Part shown: positions 25,064 to 42,455 of the stretch, in pieces
Layout of the letters: each line of letters starts with the position of its first letter
Numbering within the stretch: the stretch's first letter is position 1
DNA from: Moniliella sp. 'wahieum'
Lineage: Eukaryota
Assembly (NCBI GenBank): GCA_003971905.1
Contig: RSEE01000020.1
Span: forward strand, 62,001 to 126,000
DNA length: 64,000 bases
Reading direction: 5' to 3'
Notes under the pieces: model-generated
Database searches by the model: none
Told to the model about the DNA's origin: nothing
The model's input: the letters and a program-made list of their open reading frames with translations, nothing else
Translations under genes and position numbers: made by a program

Positions 25064-25409
25064 GATGGTGGTGGTGGCAATACTGTAGTCAAGGGCCGGT
25101 AGAAGAGAACTTGAGCCGAGTAAAACTCAGTGGCGGTTGTTTTCCATGTACCAGCCCGGTCCGTGCACCGGGATATTTTAATTCCGCCCGTGGCTGCGCC
25201 GACCCACACAATCCGTTCAGATCAGTTCATCGTCACGTGCTTAACGAGAGGAGCCTGCCCAGAAACTAAATCGATTGAGAGGTGGATAGGAAAAGAAAGT
25301 AGAGGATGCAAGACGACAACCACCCACATCAGGCCGGGATCTCCAGATTCCGTTTTGCATCGGTTTCCTACCCAGAAATCATCCCCCCCCCTCCTTTGAG
25401 CCTTCCAAT

Positions 25410-26599
25410 CTAAATCGAGTTACCCTCTCTGGCTGAATCAGAGAAGAGTATCGGGGCGTAACATTTGTACTCTTCCTGGTCCCCCGATCTTGGATCCTCA
25501 AGCACCATTTCGACCCGTGCGCGAATACTTTGTGAGCTTATGAAACACGTGTCGTTTACGTACGGCCTAGAGCCAAAAAAGATATGTTCGGGTACCATCC
25601 ATTGGATCGTCGTGTAGGTCGATCCGCACGCAAAAGAAAAGTATACAAACAGTGGGGGGTATGCGAAAAGAGCTGTGGTGCGCTGCTACACGTCGGGGAC
25701 CTGCCACGACGCGGGAGCAGCCACGGGTTACTGCACGCTAATAAGCACGCGACTGGGCCTGGAGCCGGTCTTGCCGTTCCATCAGCTGCAGTCCAGGGAC
25801 TTGGGGCTGCCCTCGTACCGTTTGAGGTAGGATGTGGCCACGACTTGTTCTTGAGCCAACAGAGGCGAAGGAGGACGCGCTCTGCGTGCCTCCCTGCGCG
25901 CTTGCAACCGTTCCCGCTCAAACTGTCTGCCTTTCTCCCGCTCCCGCTCTGCCTCTCGCGCTTGCTCTGCACGCACTTGGGCCATAATCTGGCTTGTCTG
26001 AACCTGGTCTCCGCGCTGGGTCCACTCGGGCTCGGAAAGGGAGCGCATCCTAGGGAGGTCAAGGGGCGATGTGCCGCTAGATGGGAGGGGGGGAAGCGGT
26101 AGCGGTTTGCTCTCTCCTTTCCTGGGGAGCTCGGTATGGAGCGAGGGGAAGGCAGCCGAGACTGGAGCAGGCTCATTCGGAGGTCCCGCACTGATTTCCC
26201 TTGCGACGGGCGACGAAGTTTTCGCATCCAGCCCAGGAGGCGGATGCGCCGGCCCGATGGTGGGCTACCAGGGGAGGATAGGATGGCATCGGAGCGTGGG
26301 GGGAAGGAATCCATGATGTCTGGCTCCTGCTTAGTATCTGGGTGACGGGAAAAAGCGGTAGCTGCTCCCTGGGAGCGTGCGGGAGGAGGGCCAAGCGCTT
26401 GTTTGGTAAAAGGCTGAAGAAGGGATTGGGGAGCCGACGGACGGCGTGCGCGCGGTGCGGACATTGCGCGTTCTGGCCAACGGGAAAGCCAGTCGACGCC
26501 AGTGGCTGGTGGCTGGTGGCTGGTGGCTGGGTAGTTGGGGGCAGGCGGTTGGGGGAAGGAGAAAGGGACGGAGGAGGAGGATGTAGTGGCAAGGGACAT
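25410..26599 (-). CDS. Hypothetical protein, possibly a distant Spt20-like domain at the C-terminus
   Basis: Low-complexity N-terminus, charged coiled region (EQAREAEREREK), TSYLKRYEGSPKSL and MVPEHIF...RVEMVLED; one probable intron near 25630-25750. The family call is tentative. Confidence 0.4.
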
Positions 26600-28974
26600 A
26601 GGGAACTCGCCGCGCTCTGCCAGTGCTCTGCCGCCGATGGGGCGCCACATGAATTGGGGGCCCTAATCGTGTGGCGCGCGGGGGAGGCGACTCGGGACCG
26701 GGGATACCGACGGGTGAGACTCCAAGGTCAGAACGGTGATGCATGATGTCACACATCCCGGTACGTACTGGACCTTGAAATATTAGCTGCCAGCACGCGT
26801 TTATATGTCAACACCGACGCTTTGTAGAGTACTGCGGGTGTGGTCTTCGTATATGGCCAAGTCTGAATCCCCGTCTGAACACTAGTACCCCCCCTCCTCG
26901 TCAGCCTCTGTCCTCTGTTACACACTGGGGAATCAAAAATGGCTTCGAGGGCTTGCGAAAAGGGAGATGTACCACCCAATCCCCTCTAGCCGCTGCCATC
27001 TCGGGCATCCGAAAAGAAGGCGGTGGCTCTTGGTGCGGCCGCCCTTATCCTACTCTTTCCGTTAACGTCGAGATTTAGCACTTCATACAGGTTGATCCTA
27101 CAGCCACCAAGTTTAAGTCTTCAAGATGAGTTGGCGACTCCACAGAAGGGAGAGGGGCTAGAGTAGGGAGAGAGAGATACGCGAAGGGGGAGGGGAACAG
27201 GCGAGAAAAGGGTACTCTCCGGCGGGTATTGTCACGGGCTGCGGCGGACACGAGATGGTCCGACCCAAGCTAAGGCCCGCCTGCCGCACATGCCCAGTAG
27301 AGCGTGCACCGCAGGCCAACCAAGTGTGATGATGGTTGGCTAAATTAAGCATCGTGGCCGAAGGGCCATGCTCCGTGCGACAATAGTCGCCCCCCCCCCC
27401 AAGTCCAAATCGGCCGGCCTAAATAAGGCCACCGAGCTTCCAGTGCCGTGGCGGCGTCTGTCGCCCGTCCCGTTCCTTTCCTTTCTCGGTCGCGCCTGCG
27501 GCGACCACCCCGTTTGACGTGTCTTCCTTTCTACACCCCTTTGTATCCGTTTCCCTTTGATCCTGCCTGTACCCTGGTTGATGGGGATCCTTTCCCCCAC
27601 CTTCAATTCTCGTCATCTCTCGTCTCCACTCTCGTCCTTCCCGCCTATCCTGTCCGACCCCTGCCCGTTTTCCAGCCAATCGATCCAGTACAGGCAGCCT
27701 ACTCTTGTTAGCGTCCGACATCCTCCGACCTCGTCCTCCAGCCATTCGTCAGTCCTGTCGCGCGAACCCTCCTTTGGTCGCGTCGATTCCAGTCTCAGTT
27801 GAGACAGTGTTTGTCCCCCTCTGCCTCCTCCCGTCCCTAAGTCCGGAGGCTTCAGACACGTTACTACGGCCCAAGCCGGTGCAGACGCAGCCTTGCCACA
27901 CGTGCAGCCGCCCCACCAAAGGCCTCTCCTCGTCCCTAGCTCCGCTCGGATACACCAACCAGCCCAAGCCCGAAATACCGTGAGTCGACCTACCGTCGCC
28001 TAAGGGATTGTACCCCAAAAAACCCCAGGGCGGGCCCCCTGGCCGCGCCCGCCCGTGACAGGTATTATGGAGACGAAGTACAGCGTGTTGCAAGCTTCCG
28101 GAAGACACTGGGGTATGTAAGTGATAACGAATCAGAACTTGGCTGTCCGTCCGTGACAACAATCATCAACAATAACAAGAAGAGGACCCTATATAACGTC
28201 TGAGTCATTTCAAGCTGGCTGTCTTCCTCCGAGGAGCTTCTGATGACGGACCAAAAGTGCATGCTTTATGCACAGTTGCTTCGCTCTGGGTAGCAGCCGC
28301 AGCGTTTTGTCCCCACAATGAGTCGCTAAAAGGGGATATGGCCGTCACAGTTCAGCCAACCGTTTTTCTCTATGACACAACACACTGAGGGTATTGGCGC
28401 CGGCAGCCCTCAAACTTGGTTCTCCCATTTGCATGATGGTGCCTTTCTCTCTGAGGGGCAGGAACGTTGTCTATCCTATGTAACAGCTCATGCATACCCA
28501 CACCGACAATTAGCATAGTACCAACAACTGCTTTTGTTGCTCTCTGGTCTCCCAAATCCTTACAACACAGCAATGAAAGGCCCTGCACCTTCGCGCTGTG
28601 AGTAGTGGCCCATGGAGCATTTGAGATGATCTTCCTTCGACTCTCTTAAACCAACACTGTGCTGGTTCATGCGACCTGGACATCGGCGGGACTACAAGAG
28701 AGGCTGATGAAGGCCCAATCGATGATTCATGACAGCCCATGTGGCTCTTGCAAAAGATTCACTCATCCTGGGCCTTGCGCGATGAAGGGAGTTGGCGCAG
28801 CAAAAATAAGTGCATTACCAGAGATTGGGAGACCGGAAAGAAGATAAGTGACAAGAAAAAGGTAGGTACTTAAAGAGAGACAATGGCACGATCTTGCCGC
28901 GTTTTCGCGCGAGATGGCCAAAAGTTGGAAAGTTAATTTAGAGAAAAAAGCCAATGCATAGAAAAGAGGAAACG

Positions 28975-30403
28975 TTAATTAAAGTCGATCATCTCGATCG
29001 TACGGCGCGTGCACCCTGAGTGCATTGACGCCGGCAAAGCGCTGATGAATCCAGGGGAAGATCTGGCTGAGGGAGGCTGCCATGGTCGGGGTGTGGTCGA
29101 GACCAGGGTAGAGCAGGAGCTCGGCACTGGAGTTCGGTACTGGGCGCAGGTAGCGTTGAAGTCCTGGACGGTCAAGTCTGGGAAGACGTTTGTCGCCAGT
29201 GCCTTGGGCGACAACATGGGCCCGGCCAGAGGGTATGGCCCGGTTCGTTCAATTCCTTTTCGTCTGAGACGATGGAGCTGTTGATCCAGGAAGGGTCACG
29301 GTACAGTCGGACAGGGTCAGGTTGAGCACCGCGACGGAGGCGGTGGGAAGACAGCCCTGGTCTGCAACCCGCAGTGTCTCAGCCATCTCATCGGTAATGT
29401 ACTGAGACCGGTTTGAACTTTTCCACGCCATAGACACGCTGCAGCACGTCCATAAAGAACACCCCCTCTGCATCGCCCACCGGACCAGACCCCGCGGCGG
29501 CCCAGGCGGCCGGGATCAAGCGCGTGGGCCGCAACGCTGGGGCAACCGCGACCGAGCCAAGGAAACCACCGGTGGCCTTGCCGGGCTTGGCTTCCCGCTC
29601 ATTGATCCGCCATGCCGTCATGCTCCCTCCGAGGCCGACAGCGACCCATTCCTACGGGACACAGCATGTTAGTACACCCTGATTTTTCGGCTACGCTCCT
29701 GCAGCGCGACAACGTACCTGGGGGTGATGCGGTTGCCCAGATGGCTACGTGCCGCTTGGATGGCAACGAAGTATCGGCCGCATGGAGGGCGCCGGCTCGT
29801 ACCGGAACCCACCGGGGATCTCGCTGCCCAGCCCACTAAAGTCAGGCCCGATCACTGCGCCCATCTGGACCAGGTTAAAGGGTCCCTGCCAGCTGTACCA
29901 CAGGTCGGACCGGTCCGAGGGCGCAACTGCCGCTGCACCCCAATCGTGCCCCGGGTCCATGCGATCGTCTTGAGCGGACCGCCGTCGCCACTTGGGTTGG
30001 CATAGGGCAGCAGGGCAAACGCAGTGGACGGGATCGGCTTTCCATTCTCGTCCTCACTCACAAACATGAACCGGCTGAGACTTGCGGTTTCGGGGATGGC
30101 AAAGGTGGTGTTGCTCGGGCCGCCTTGGCCATCACCCTGGACGTGGATGAGGTTCTGCCACCGGACCAACTGGCCGGGACGGTAGGCACTGAAGTTGCTG
30201 GGGGTTGGTAGAAGGGGTCGGTCGAAACATTGGAGGCCCAGGTGCTCACGTCGCCACCGACCAAGTGGAGTAGAAGACAGACTGGCAGGAAGAGTCGCCA
30301 TTGCACGAGGGCGGGTACAGCACCGATGCGGGCGGCGGCGGGGGGAGGCCCAGCTGGTGCCAGAGGCAGCGAGGAATGCGGCAAACGCGACGGCAGCGAG
30401 CAT
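28975..30403 (-). CDS. Secreted lipase (LIP/CalA-like family alpha/beta hydrolase)
   Basis: Signal peptide MLAAVAFAAFLAA, DPFYQPP, PGQLVRW, TIAWT.GTIG, PDFSGLG, a frameshifted G(H)SEG nucleophile elbow near 29635, YPGLDHD near the C-terminus. Confidence 0.8.
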
Positions 30404-31492
30404 GGCCAGCGCTGGGGGGTTGGGTTGGTAGCAGGGGAGATGGGGGTGGGGGCGGGCGAGAAGAGAGCGCTTTTTGTATGTTGGGAGCGGCATGCAGGGA
30501 GTGGGATGTAGATCTAGCCTCAAAGGCCGATGGCGGGGATGGTGGTAGCTGGCCGTCTACTTGGTACAGGCACACAACGCATCCTACCGAACCGGCCGAC
30601 ATGGCACCGAGAGCAGTGAGCGATACGGTGCTGAGCGGCTGAGCTGACAGGCAAGCGCGTTTGGGGCGGGTGCGATAAGGGACACGAGGCATGTGGAGTG
30701 TGGCCGATCGAACGTGTCGAATGGGGATGGAAGGCCGACGGGCGCCCGGGGAAGATGGCGTGTGGAGCGCTGGCTGGCTGGGACGCGTGACGGGACGGTG
30801 AGTGGGTGCAGACCGAGACAAGCGCAGTGGAGTCTGCCTCTTGTCCCCACAGATGCCACCCCGCCCGCAACTAGTAGACGCCCAGGTGCTGCCCATCCGC
30901 CCCCCCGCCTGCGGCCGCCGCCCCGGCCGCGCCTGGCGCCGCGCGGCGCCGCCTCATTCCAACCACCCAGAGCACAGGGACAGTGCGCGCTGAGCTCAGC
31001 ATCTCGCTTTATTGGGCAGTGGGGCCTGTCCTGGCCAGCTCCGCTTTCTTTCAGCTTTCCGCACGAGGCAAGTTGAAATGTTTCCGTGATAGATCAGCTC
31101 TAGATGATCGATGAACCCAACCACATGGCTAGCTAGCTACGTTGCGCCCCCCGCCTGCTGCCGCCTTGCCTGCCAGGCCCTGCCTGAATTGGATAGGTGC
31201 ATGATGCATGATGCATGATGCATGATGTCACCCTTTTAGCGCGCGTTAGCGCGTTAGCCTTGAAATCTAACAGGCAGAAGTGCACGTGACGTAGTGGCCA
31301 CGTGACTCTCACCCATCCGGCTCATTTGCCGTGCTCTGAATGCAAGCTGGCAGGATGAAAGATTGAACAGTTGGTCTGGGTGGCGACGACGACGGCGAGC
31401 CAGAAAGGCAGGATAGGAAATGGACGAGTGGCACGCCGAAAACAACCATCCTGCATCCTCCACTCGCTCCTTGCCTTCCTTGCCCCGCCACC

Positions 31493-32504
31493 ATGGAGGC
31501 CGAGCGCGTCTCTGCCTTCCCCGCCTACCCTGCTGCCTTGCCCCAGCCCGTCTCGACCATTGCATTCCGAGAAGACACAGACGAGCGCGCAAGGGGCAGA
31601 GAAGCCCGCCGCGGCAGCCAGCCGCTGCCAGGCGGCGAGGACGAGGACAAGGACAAGGACGAAGACGAGTGCTGCCTCATCTGTCTGGGCCCGATTGAGG
31701 ACCGCACGGCACTGCCGCTTGTGGGCATTCCCAGTTCTGTTTTTACCTGCATCTGCCGTTGGGCCGAGCAAGCACGCAAGTGTCCGCTGTGCTCACGCCC
31801 CTTCACCTACCTCGTCCACCACATTCATTCCCCCCGCGACTTTTTCCCGTTTCTACCTCCGTCCTTTGTCTCTCCCACTCCAGCCGCTCCCTCCCCCCTC
31901 CCGCGCCGAGGAGGAGGAAGAGGAGGATCGCGAGATCGCCGTGCGAAGGCGGGTATACCGGCACCAAACCTACGCTCTTCACGCGTCGGCAGCACCGGTT
32001 TACCCGGTTCACCGCGCCTCCACCGTGACTGCATTTGCCACGTCGCCCGGGCTGTGTCTGGCGAGCGCGCCAATTCGCATTGCGAGAATTGGGGTGTGGA
32101 GGCACCTTCCCCCTCTCAGCGCGAATGGATTGCCTCCTACCTCATTGCGATGGGCAAGAACTGAGTTTGGGGTCGGATGCGGCCGTCGAGCTGTTGGCCG
32201 AGTTGGTCGCTGTTCCGCCTTCGGAGGCCCATCACTTTCTCCATGAACTTCAACATTTCCTCCGCTCGCCGTTTCGGACGGTGCAAATGGGATCAGTATG
32301 TGCGCTAAGCCCCACCGGGCCCACCTGCACCGATTCTGCCGCCCTCCACCCCCCGCGCCATTCGTGTGTGTCCTCCCGCCCCCTCCTCGTCCGCGGCCCA
32401 GTCCCCAGTCCTACCCTCGACCCCAGCGCCCCCTCGCGCGGAAGGAGATCCTTCGGCGTCTAGAGCGAGAAAAGGCGTTGCTAGCACGGCGGAGATCAAG
32501 GTGA
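31493..32504 (+). CDS. RING-finger E3 ligase (Topors-like fungal family)
   Basis: CLICLGPIEDRTALP..H..F..CI.RWAEQARKCPLC, then RRRVYRH, A.HFLHELQHFLRSP. Confidence 0.8.
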
Positions 32505-32589
32505 GAAACCGGAGAAGATATGTATTGTTCATCTATGATACCTTACCATAACAGAATACCATACAAATTTCCTGGGGAACGGGAGGACC

Positions 32590-35126
32590 TTAAGCGTTTG
32601 AGGAAGCCTAGAAATGGAAGGGGATCTAGGGGGGTACGCATCAAACCTCAGTCCCGACGCAGGCGCATCATCAAATCCCAACGAGTCGTATGCAGGCGGC
32701 AGCGGGATCGAAGGGAAGCTCAACCGATCCGCGTTCCGAGGGGCGGGGCTCCCGTCGTGGTGGCCCAGCGGAGAGTGTGCGAATTCGACGCCAAGGAACG
32801 TGGCTGGACGTTTGCGAACGTCCCTTGGCGGCGTGGGAAGACTCGCGAAAGGAACAGGTGGACTAGGTACCGCACAGCTTACTGCCCCTCCCCCCAGCGG
32901 CGAGGGGGGAGAGTGTGGGCGCCAACCTAGAGGTAACTCTCCGACTTTACCGTGGCTCGGCACCGAGTCACTCGACACGTCGGCTGAATGCTCGCCCTGT
33001 ACCAAACGAGGGGGCAGAAGCGATTCCTGTTGGGCAGAGTTCAGTCATGGAGATCCCGCAGACGCAGTGGGTCTGCAGGTGGTCAGCATCTGGCACCACT
33101 GGAGCCGCACTGTCGTTGGCTGGAGTGTAGCGTGGGAGCGTGGCTGCGGTGTACGCAACGCAGCAAGAAGGGATGATAGCCGTTGGCGCAAGGCAAACAC
33201 TTTGATTTTCCGGTCCCCGTCTGATGGGCGGGGAGGTGTTGTATCAGCTCCTCGCGCGAGCCATACGTCGATGGCCGGATCACGAGAATACACAATCTCA
33301 ACCAGGAGCGTGTGGGAGAACCGGATGGAAGCGCGGCTGCCTGGCATGGTAGTCGCACGAATCACATTATCGTCCGGCAAGCGGACCGGGTTTTGCACGG
33401 ACCAAGCATCATCATTCCCCGCGGCACGGATGAATCCTTGCGACGGATCTCCTTCGCCATGCTTGGTGACCGAGCCGGGCTTGGTGGTACCCAGCCCTGC
33501 TGAAAAAGACAATGGCGTTGGACGGGGAGCGTTTGCTTGCCCCTCCGCCGTGTTTCGAGTTCGATCGTCGTTTCCAGCGTAACGCGGGCCAAGTAGACGA
33601 TCAAGTCCTGCGGCGGTTGAGGCGAGTGGAGATCAATATTCATAATCCCTCCGACGGAGATGTTGGTAGAGGTGAGAGAGATACTCAAGAGCCCGACTGA
33701 CGGGTGCAAGTCGTGGTAGTACAGAATGCGAGGGGTAGCAAAGAAATGAGTCGGCGTAGGGACGACAATAGGATAAATTCCTGTACATCCTCCACGTTCG
33801 AGTGCGCACGGCCGCCACCGACCACGACGGCCCTGATGGTCCATTTGACGCGGCCAAGCGGACTCCGTTCATAAGGCGGTACATCGCTCGGTAGGATAAA
33901 GGCAAAGGAGAAAGCATGCACCCTTGGTTAGAAAGAGACCTTCCTCTTCCTCCGCCTCACCGCCCGAATCGGGTTCGGCACGAGTTAGTAGCGAAGAGGG
34001 CGAGAAAAGACAGGGGATGAACCGTGAGCTTCCCGAGAAGAATCGCGGCGATCCTTATCCTGAACACGTGAAACAGACTGGAGAAGCGGGATGATACCTG
34101 CGACGCATCTTCCTCCTGCACCTCCTGCTCCAGCTCCTCATCAGCAGTGGCGATGGAAGAAGAACGGTGATAGCGACCTAGCGTCCCAGGGAGATGGGTC
34201 GCATACCCGTCCAGTGCTCGCGTCCCGTTTCAACCAGGATGGCACAGCGGGGGAAGGGGGGGGAGAAAGGAGGACTCAATCCTAAACTGGGATGCCGGGC
34301 GGGAAACGGGGCTGCCAAGGTGAGGCACAGAGGATCCGAGGTGGAATCAGGTCGACGAGAAAGGGCGTGTTCCACGCTCTCGGATCCAGCAAAAGCGGGA
34401 TCGAGGATGGACGCCGCATCGTCCTCTCCCCCGGGGTAGGGCAAGCAAGGGTTGAGGGCCAGTCCAGCAGGACGGATGGCCACAGAGCGTCCTCGGGACT
34501 GTTGGGTACGCGCCAGATTGCTTTCAGGTGTGGGGCTGGGGGGCGACTGAACGATCGTCGGGGAGGGTCGGGGGTGTCGACCTCAGCCACATCGTTCAGC
34601 TGGCGTCTGGGGCGGAGAGAGAAGTTGACGAGCGGACAAGGGACCGGAGGCCGTGAGAGCGTGATCGACGATCAGGGATATGCTGAGCACGCCTGGGTGG
34701 TCGGGAGCGGGACTGGGAGCGAGAGCGGGAACGCGAGCCAGACAGAGATCGAGAGCAGCACGAGGACATGTGGTATTATGGGACACATCGCGAGGTGGGT
34801 AGAAGAGAGTTTGCTCAAAAACAACCGACTGTTCCCAGTTAATCGGGACCGTCAAAGCGGCGGAATCGAGGATGGCGACGACCTGGTCAGCTCGCAAGCG
34901 CAGCCGGATCTCAGAAACAGTCCGGTCGCTGGGCACCCGCACCTCCACAACGCCGCGCACCAGTTCGGCATCCTCCGTGGTGGCGGGTGGCGTACCGGTG
35001 AGGTAGGACCAGTCGGGCTCAGAGTCGGGGGTACCAGAGCGGCGCGCGTCTGGGCGGGTGGATGAAGACGGCGCTCTGCATAACCCGCACATGCGGCTCA
35101 CACGACTGCAGTAGAGAGGACAACAT
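32590..35126 (-). CDS. Arrestin-domain (ART-like) trafficking adaptor
   Basis: ELVRGVVEVRVP...IRLRL, FSFAFILPSDVPPYERSPLGRVKWTIRA, IRATT.PG...IRFSHTLLVEIVYS, C-terminal LPPAY motif. Confidence 0.7.
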
Positions 35127-36128
35127 GCGCAGGACGGTGGTGGTTGGGAAACGGAGAGGAAAGGAAAAGGAGGTCAATATGATGCAAAGGAGGCTGTGGT
35201 GAGTGATGGGGGTATAGTATAATGAGCTCCCCTGAGGTTTCGGCGCCACCGGAAGCATATCCGTCCACACTTCTTACTGTATGTACGGGTGTGGAGCTGT
35301 CACACTGCAGTTTGGAGTTGAGCCTTCCCAATGGCAATTTCGACTGGCTGGGTGCTGGCGTGGTGTCTACGGCTATTACCGTGCTTCTCGGCAGCACAAG
35401 TGCCTCCACGGTCGACTCCTAGGCACAGCCATCCACAAAGGGGGGTCAATATATCGCAGTGACTAGTGGCTGGAAATGGCACACACACAGGTACTATTAG
35501 GGCGGCGACTCAGAAACAGGTTGCTCTCTCCACAAAGAAGAGCGAGAAGCTTTCACCTTTTCTACGAGTATAGCTTCCGAGAGATTTAGCTTCAAAAGTT
35601 TCCACTATTTTGCGATGGTTGGCCTTCGCCTGCCTTCGCGCCAGAAGCGCAATGCACACATCGCGCCCAATTTTTGCGCTCGACGCAGCTTATTATTAGT
35701 TCAAAAAGGGTTGCAATGGCGTTTTTGTTGATCGATTAGGGCGTTGTGTGGCACAATAACTCCATCGCTGCTGTTTCCATCCGCCGTTCGCGACGTTATG
35801 CATTACAGCACACCGAATCAACGCGGTGAACTTGTGCACCCTTGTGCCCCCAGCCTCCCCAGTCACGTACTAATACCATATGCACCCAATAGGGCAGCAT
35901 AATAGAATGGCTTCATCCGCCCGTCATTATCTTTTGGTGCACTGGATTGTGAGTTGTGAGTACCGAGGGGATAACACCGTCATCGTTTGGAGGCATTTTT
36001 GCAACTGGTATATCGGCTCGACGCGGCATGACTGTCAACAAGGGGCAAGCAATTGCACCACTAGCCAGAAATAACGATGGATGGCTGAGGCTTGTGTCAT
36101 ACATTTATTGGCTCCGTCTTCGACTTAA

Positions 36129-36200
36129 GGGCGGATAGCTCAGGGGTAGAGCGCTTGCTTAGCATGCATGAGGTCCGGGGTTCAATTCCCTGTTCGTCCA
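36129..36200 (+). tRNA. tRNA-Ala(AGC)
   Basis: Complete cloverleaf: GGGCGGA/TTCGTCC acceptor, GCTC/GAGC D stem, TTAGCAT anticodon loop, TTCAATT T loop, followed by T6. Confidence 0.95.
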
Positions 36201-36377
36201 TTTTTTGTCGGGCATCCATTTTCACCCGCTTCACTTATTCAAACCATTCGACTGCCCACCACGCCTGCTCAGGGGAGGAGATATAGAAGGCTGGCAAACA
36301 TATTCCTCAGGAAGGCCAAATATACAAGTGGGGCATGTGGTCTCGTTTGTGTCCACGTTGCGATCAACCATAGATTT

Positions 36378-38241
36378 CTACGCCCGATCGTCGTCGGCGT
36401 CATCGTCCTCTTCCTCGGAATGATAATCCACCTGTGCGAAGATGGGGGTCGGCTGGGTGTCTTGCCAGGCCGCGGTGTACTTGGGCCCTTCGGCCTTGAC
36501 CTTATCAGCGTACTTGAGCAACGCCTCGCGCGGGTCCTCGGCTCGCGAGTTGTCTTTGTAGATGCCTTGGACTAGGTGCTGGGTCGCCGCTGACCCAATC
36601 CGCCCACCACGTCCGGGCCCATTGATAGGACGCTCTGGGATACGGCTGGCGACCGGGTCCTTACGCATCTTGTCCAGTCTCTCCGCTTGCTCGCTGCGCT
36701 CAATCCGGTCGTCGTCCGCAGTTGCCCCGAACCCAGCATGACGTCCCCCTCGGCATCAGGCATCGTGTCCCGCAGACTATCCGAGATGAAGTCCTCCACA
36801 TCCTTCCTCCTCCTGCTGGCCCGGTTCACTGAGAGGAGTGCCCCCTTGGTACTCGAATCAGGAGAATAGAAGACGTGTACCCGTCCACTACTGCTCGAAG
36901 CAAAGACCTGGTTGATTTTGGCATGCCAGGCTAGCCGAACCACTGACCCGGCGAGTCGCCAACGGAGACCTGCTGACGCAGCGAAAGGTCTCTTCGGTTG
37001 AGAACATTGATGTGTCCCGCTTGTCTCCAGCTGAGCCCGTAAGGATGGTTCGCTCGTCGGGAGAGAAGATGATGTTGGTCTCAGCGTAGAGGTTGGGCAG
37101 CTCCTTCCTCTCGGCCAGGGGGCGCTGCAAGCTTCGCACGTCCCACAAGCTTGACTGTATCATCCCCCTCCCCTCCTCGGTGGCAAGGGTGTGAGAGTCG
37201 GCGCTCCAAGCCAAGCCTGAGGTGAAGGTGCCGGGCACGTGGGCCGCTTCAGCGTCGCAGTGGGCCGGGCAAATTGGAGTTGGTCGCCCAGAGGCGCAGC
37301 GCACCATCGGAAGAACAGCAGCAATCTGACCTCCGGTCGGACTGTACGCGGCCTGCGTCACTTTGGTCCGCGTCCCAGGCTGCTTAGACTTGACCACAAA
37401 TGATGCTGTGTTGTTCTAGGACATGGTCCACATCCCATAGCCGAATGGAGCTGTCCGTGGCGGCAGTGAGAAAGACCCCACGGTTCTGAGGGTGCCATTG
37501 GCCACAAGGTCATCTCTGACACGTGGCCCGATGTCCGCCGCATATCGCGAATATACACATCGCCCCGCTTGTAGGTCAGAGGGCGGTCGCCGTCCCGGGT
37601 ATAGACCATGGCCTGGGCCGTAGCAGGGATAACAAGGAGCATATCCCCTTGCGGGGACCAGTGCAGATCGTGTATCACGTGCGACCCACTCGGCTCCCAT
37701 GATTTGAACGGGCGCAGAGACGAGGTCATCCCTCCAAAATCCCACAGCTTCACTTCCCCATCGTACTGCCGGTCGCCACTCGTGTTCCTGATGGATCCAC
37801 ATCCAGTGCTGATACGATCTGAACAAACATGTCAGGATGAATCACTCCTATTGGAATGAGGACTACTTTGGTGTGATCCTGCAAGATTGCCTCGTGGCTA
37901 ATGGGGAGGGGGAGGGTAGGGTCCTCTGGTTCCGGACCTAGGTCCTCGTCCTCACTACTTTCCTCTGCTTCGAGCTGGGCATTGGCCTCCCGCTCTGCAG
38001 CCGTCAGCCCATCATCATCGTACTCTTCGTCGGCCGAAGATTTGCCCTTTCTGGCGGCGAGAATGCGACTGGCCAGGGATGAACTAGGCGCCGCAGCCGC
38101 AGCGGGGAGGTTTGTGCTGGCTGCTGTAGGCGAGGAGGTGGATGTCGGGTTGGAGGGAGCAGCAGGAGCCGGGGCTTTGCGCTTGGGTGCCTGCTTTCCA
38201 AAACCCATGGGCAGCATCGCCCGGAGAGCAGCCTCGTCCAT
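36378..38241 (-). CDS. WDR70: WD40-repeat protein WDR70-like
   Basis: MDEAALRAMLPMGFGKQ, LPISHE..LQDHTKV, KLWDFGGMTSSLRPFKS, RGDVYIRDMRRTSGH, WHAKINQ, EDPREALLKYA; intron about 37866-37819. Confidence 0.88.
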
Positions 38242-38512
38242 AGTAGAAGTGATGTCGAGGCGATGGTGGTGTGCAGAGAGGAGCGGCTGGTACCGCACTG
38301 GGAGGACGTGGGAGGGCACAGGCCATCCATGAAATTTGAACGCTCCTCCTACGCCCGCTGCACAGGCTGCTCGGCAGAAAAAGAAATAAAAACAAAAAAT
38401 AAAATAATGCAAAACGCATTTCAACCGCGTTTCCGTTCCCTTTCCAACCGCCACCACCACCTGCGATCGAGCCAGCCTCGAAGCGAGCACCCATCCCACC
38501 CATCTCACCACC

Positions 38513-42111
<3,599 letters not shown>

Positions 42112-42369
42112 GTGCCATTCAATCACATTGCGCGCGGTGGCCTTCCTTCCCTCTCCAGTCTGTCCCCGGCCGGGAAGAGAAACAAAGGACTGCTAGAAAA
42201 ACAGGTGGTGCCGACTGGTATGCACGTAGACCGATCCATGTCCCTATCCTATCTGGCGCCCGCCTGCGATGATTGATGCCTGGGATAACTCCTGTTGAAA
42301 GCCGGCCACGACCATTCGATGCATTGCAAGTGCCCACCGCCTCCTACCGAACCAACTTCGTCAAAAAGA

Positions 42370-42455
42370 ACCTCCGACGGGAATCGAACCCGGGTCTCGT
42401 CGAACGCCTGCCAAACAGTGACAGGAACGTGTCATAGCCACTAAACTATCGGAGA
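42370..42455 (-). tRNA. tRNA-Asp(GTC) with an intron of about 16 nt
   Basis: Minus strand TCTCCGA-TAGTTTAGTGG...CTGTCA-[intron]-...GGGTTCGATTCCC-GTCGGAG, followed by oligo-T. Some stems are one base short (probable indel errors). Confidence 0.75.

Noticed and set aside
26750..28950. Short ORFs in a long intergenic stretch (similarly 8550-10450 and 12000-14000)
   Set aside because: No recognisable motifs or consistent coding frame.
31371..33582. Long alternative-frame and antisense ORFs (for example 32614-33582, 54004-54900, 61326-62051)
   Set aside because: These are shadow ORFs expected in GC-rich DNA overlapping real genes.
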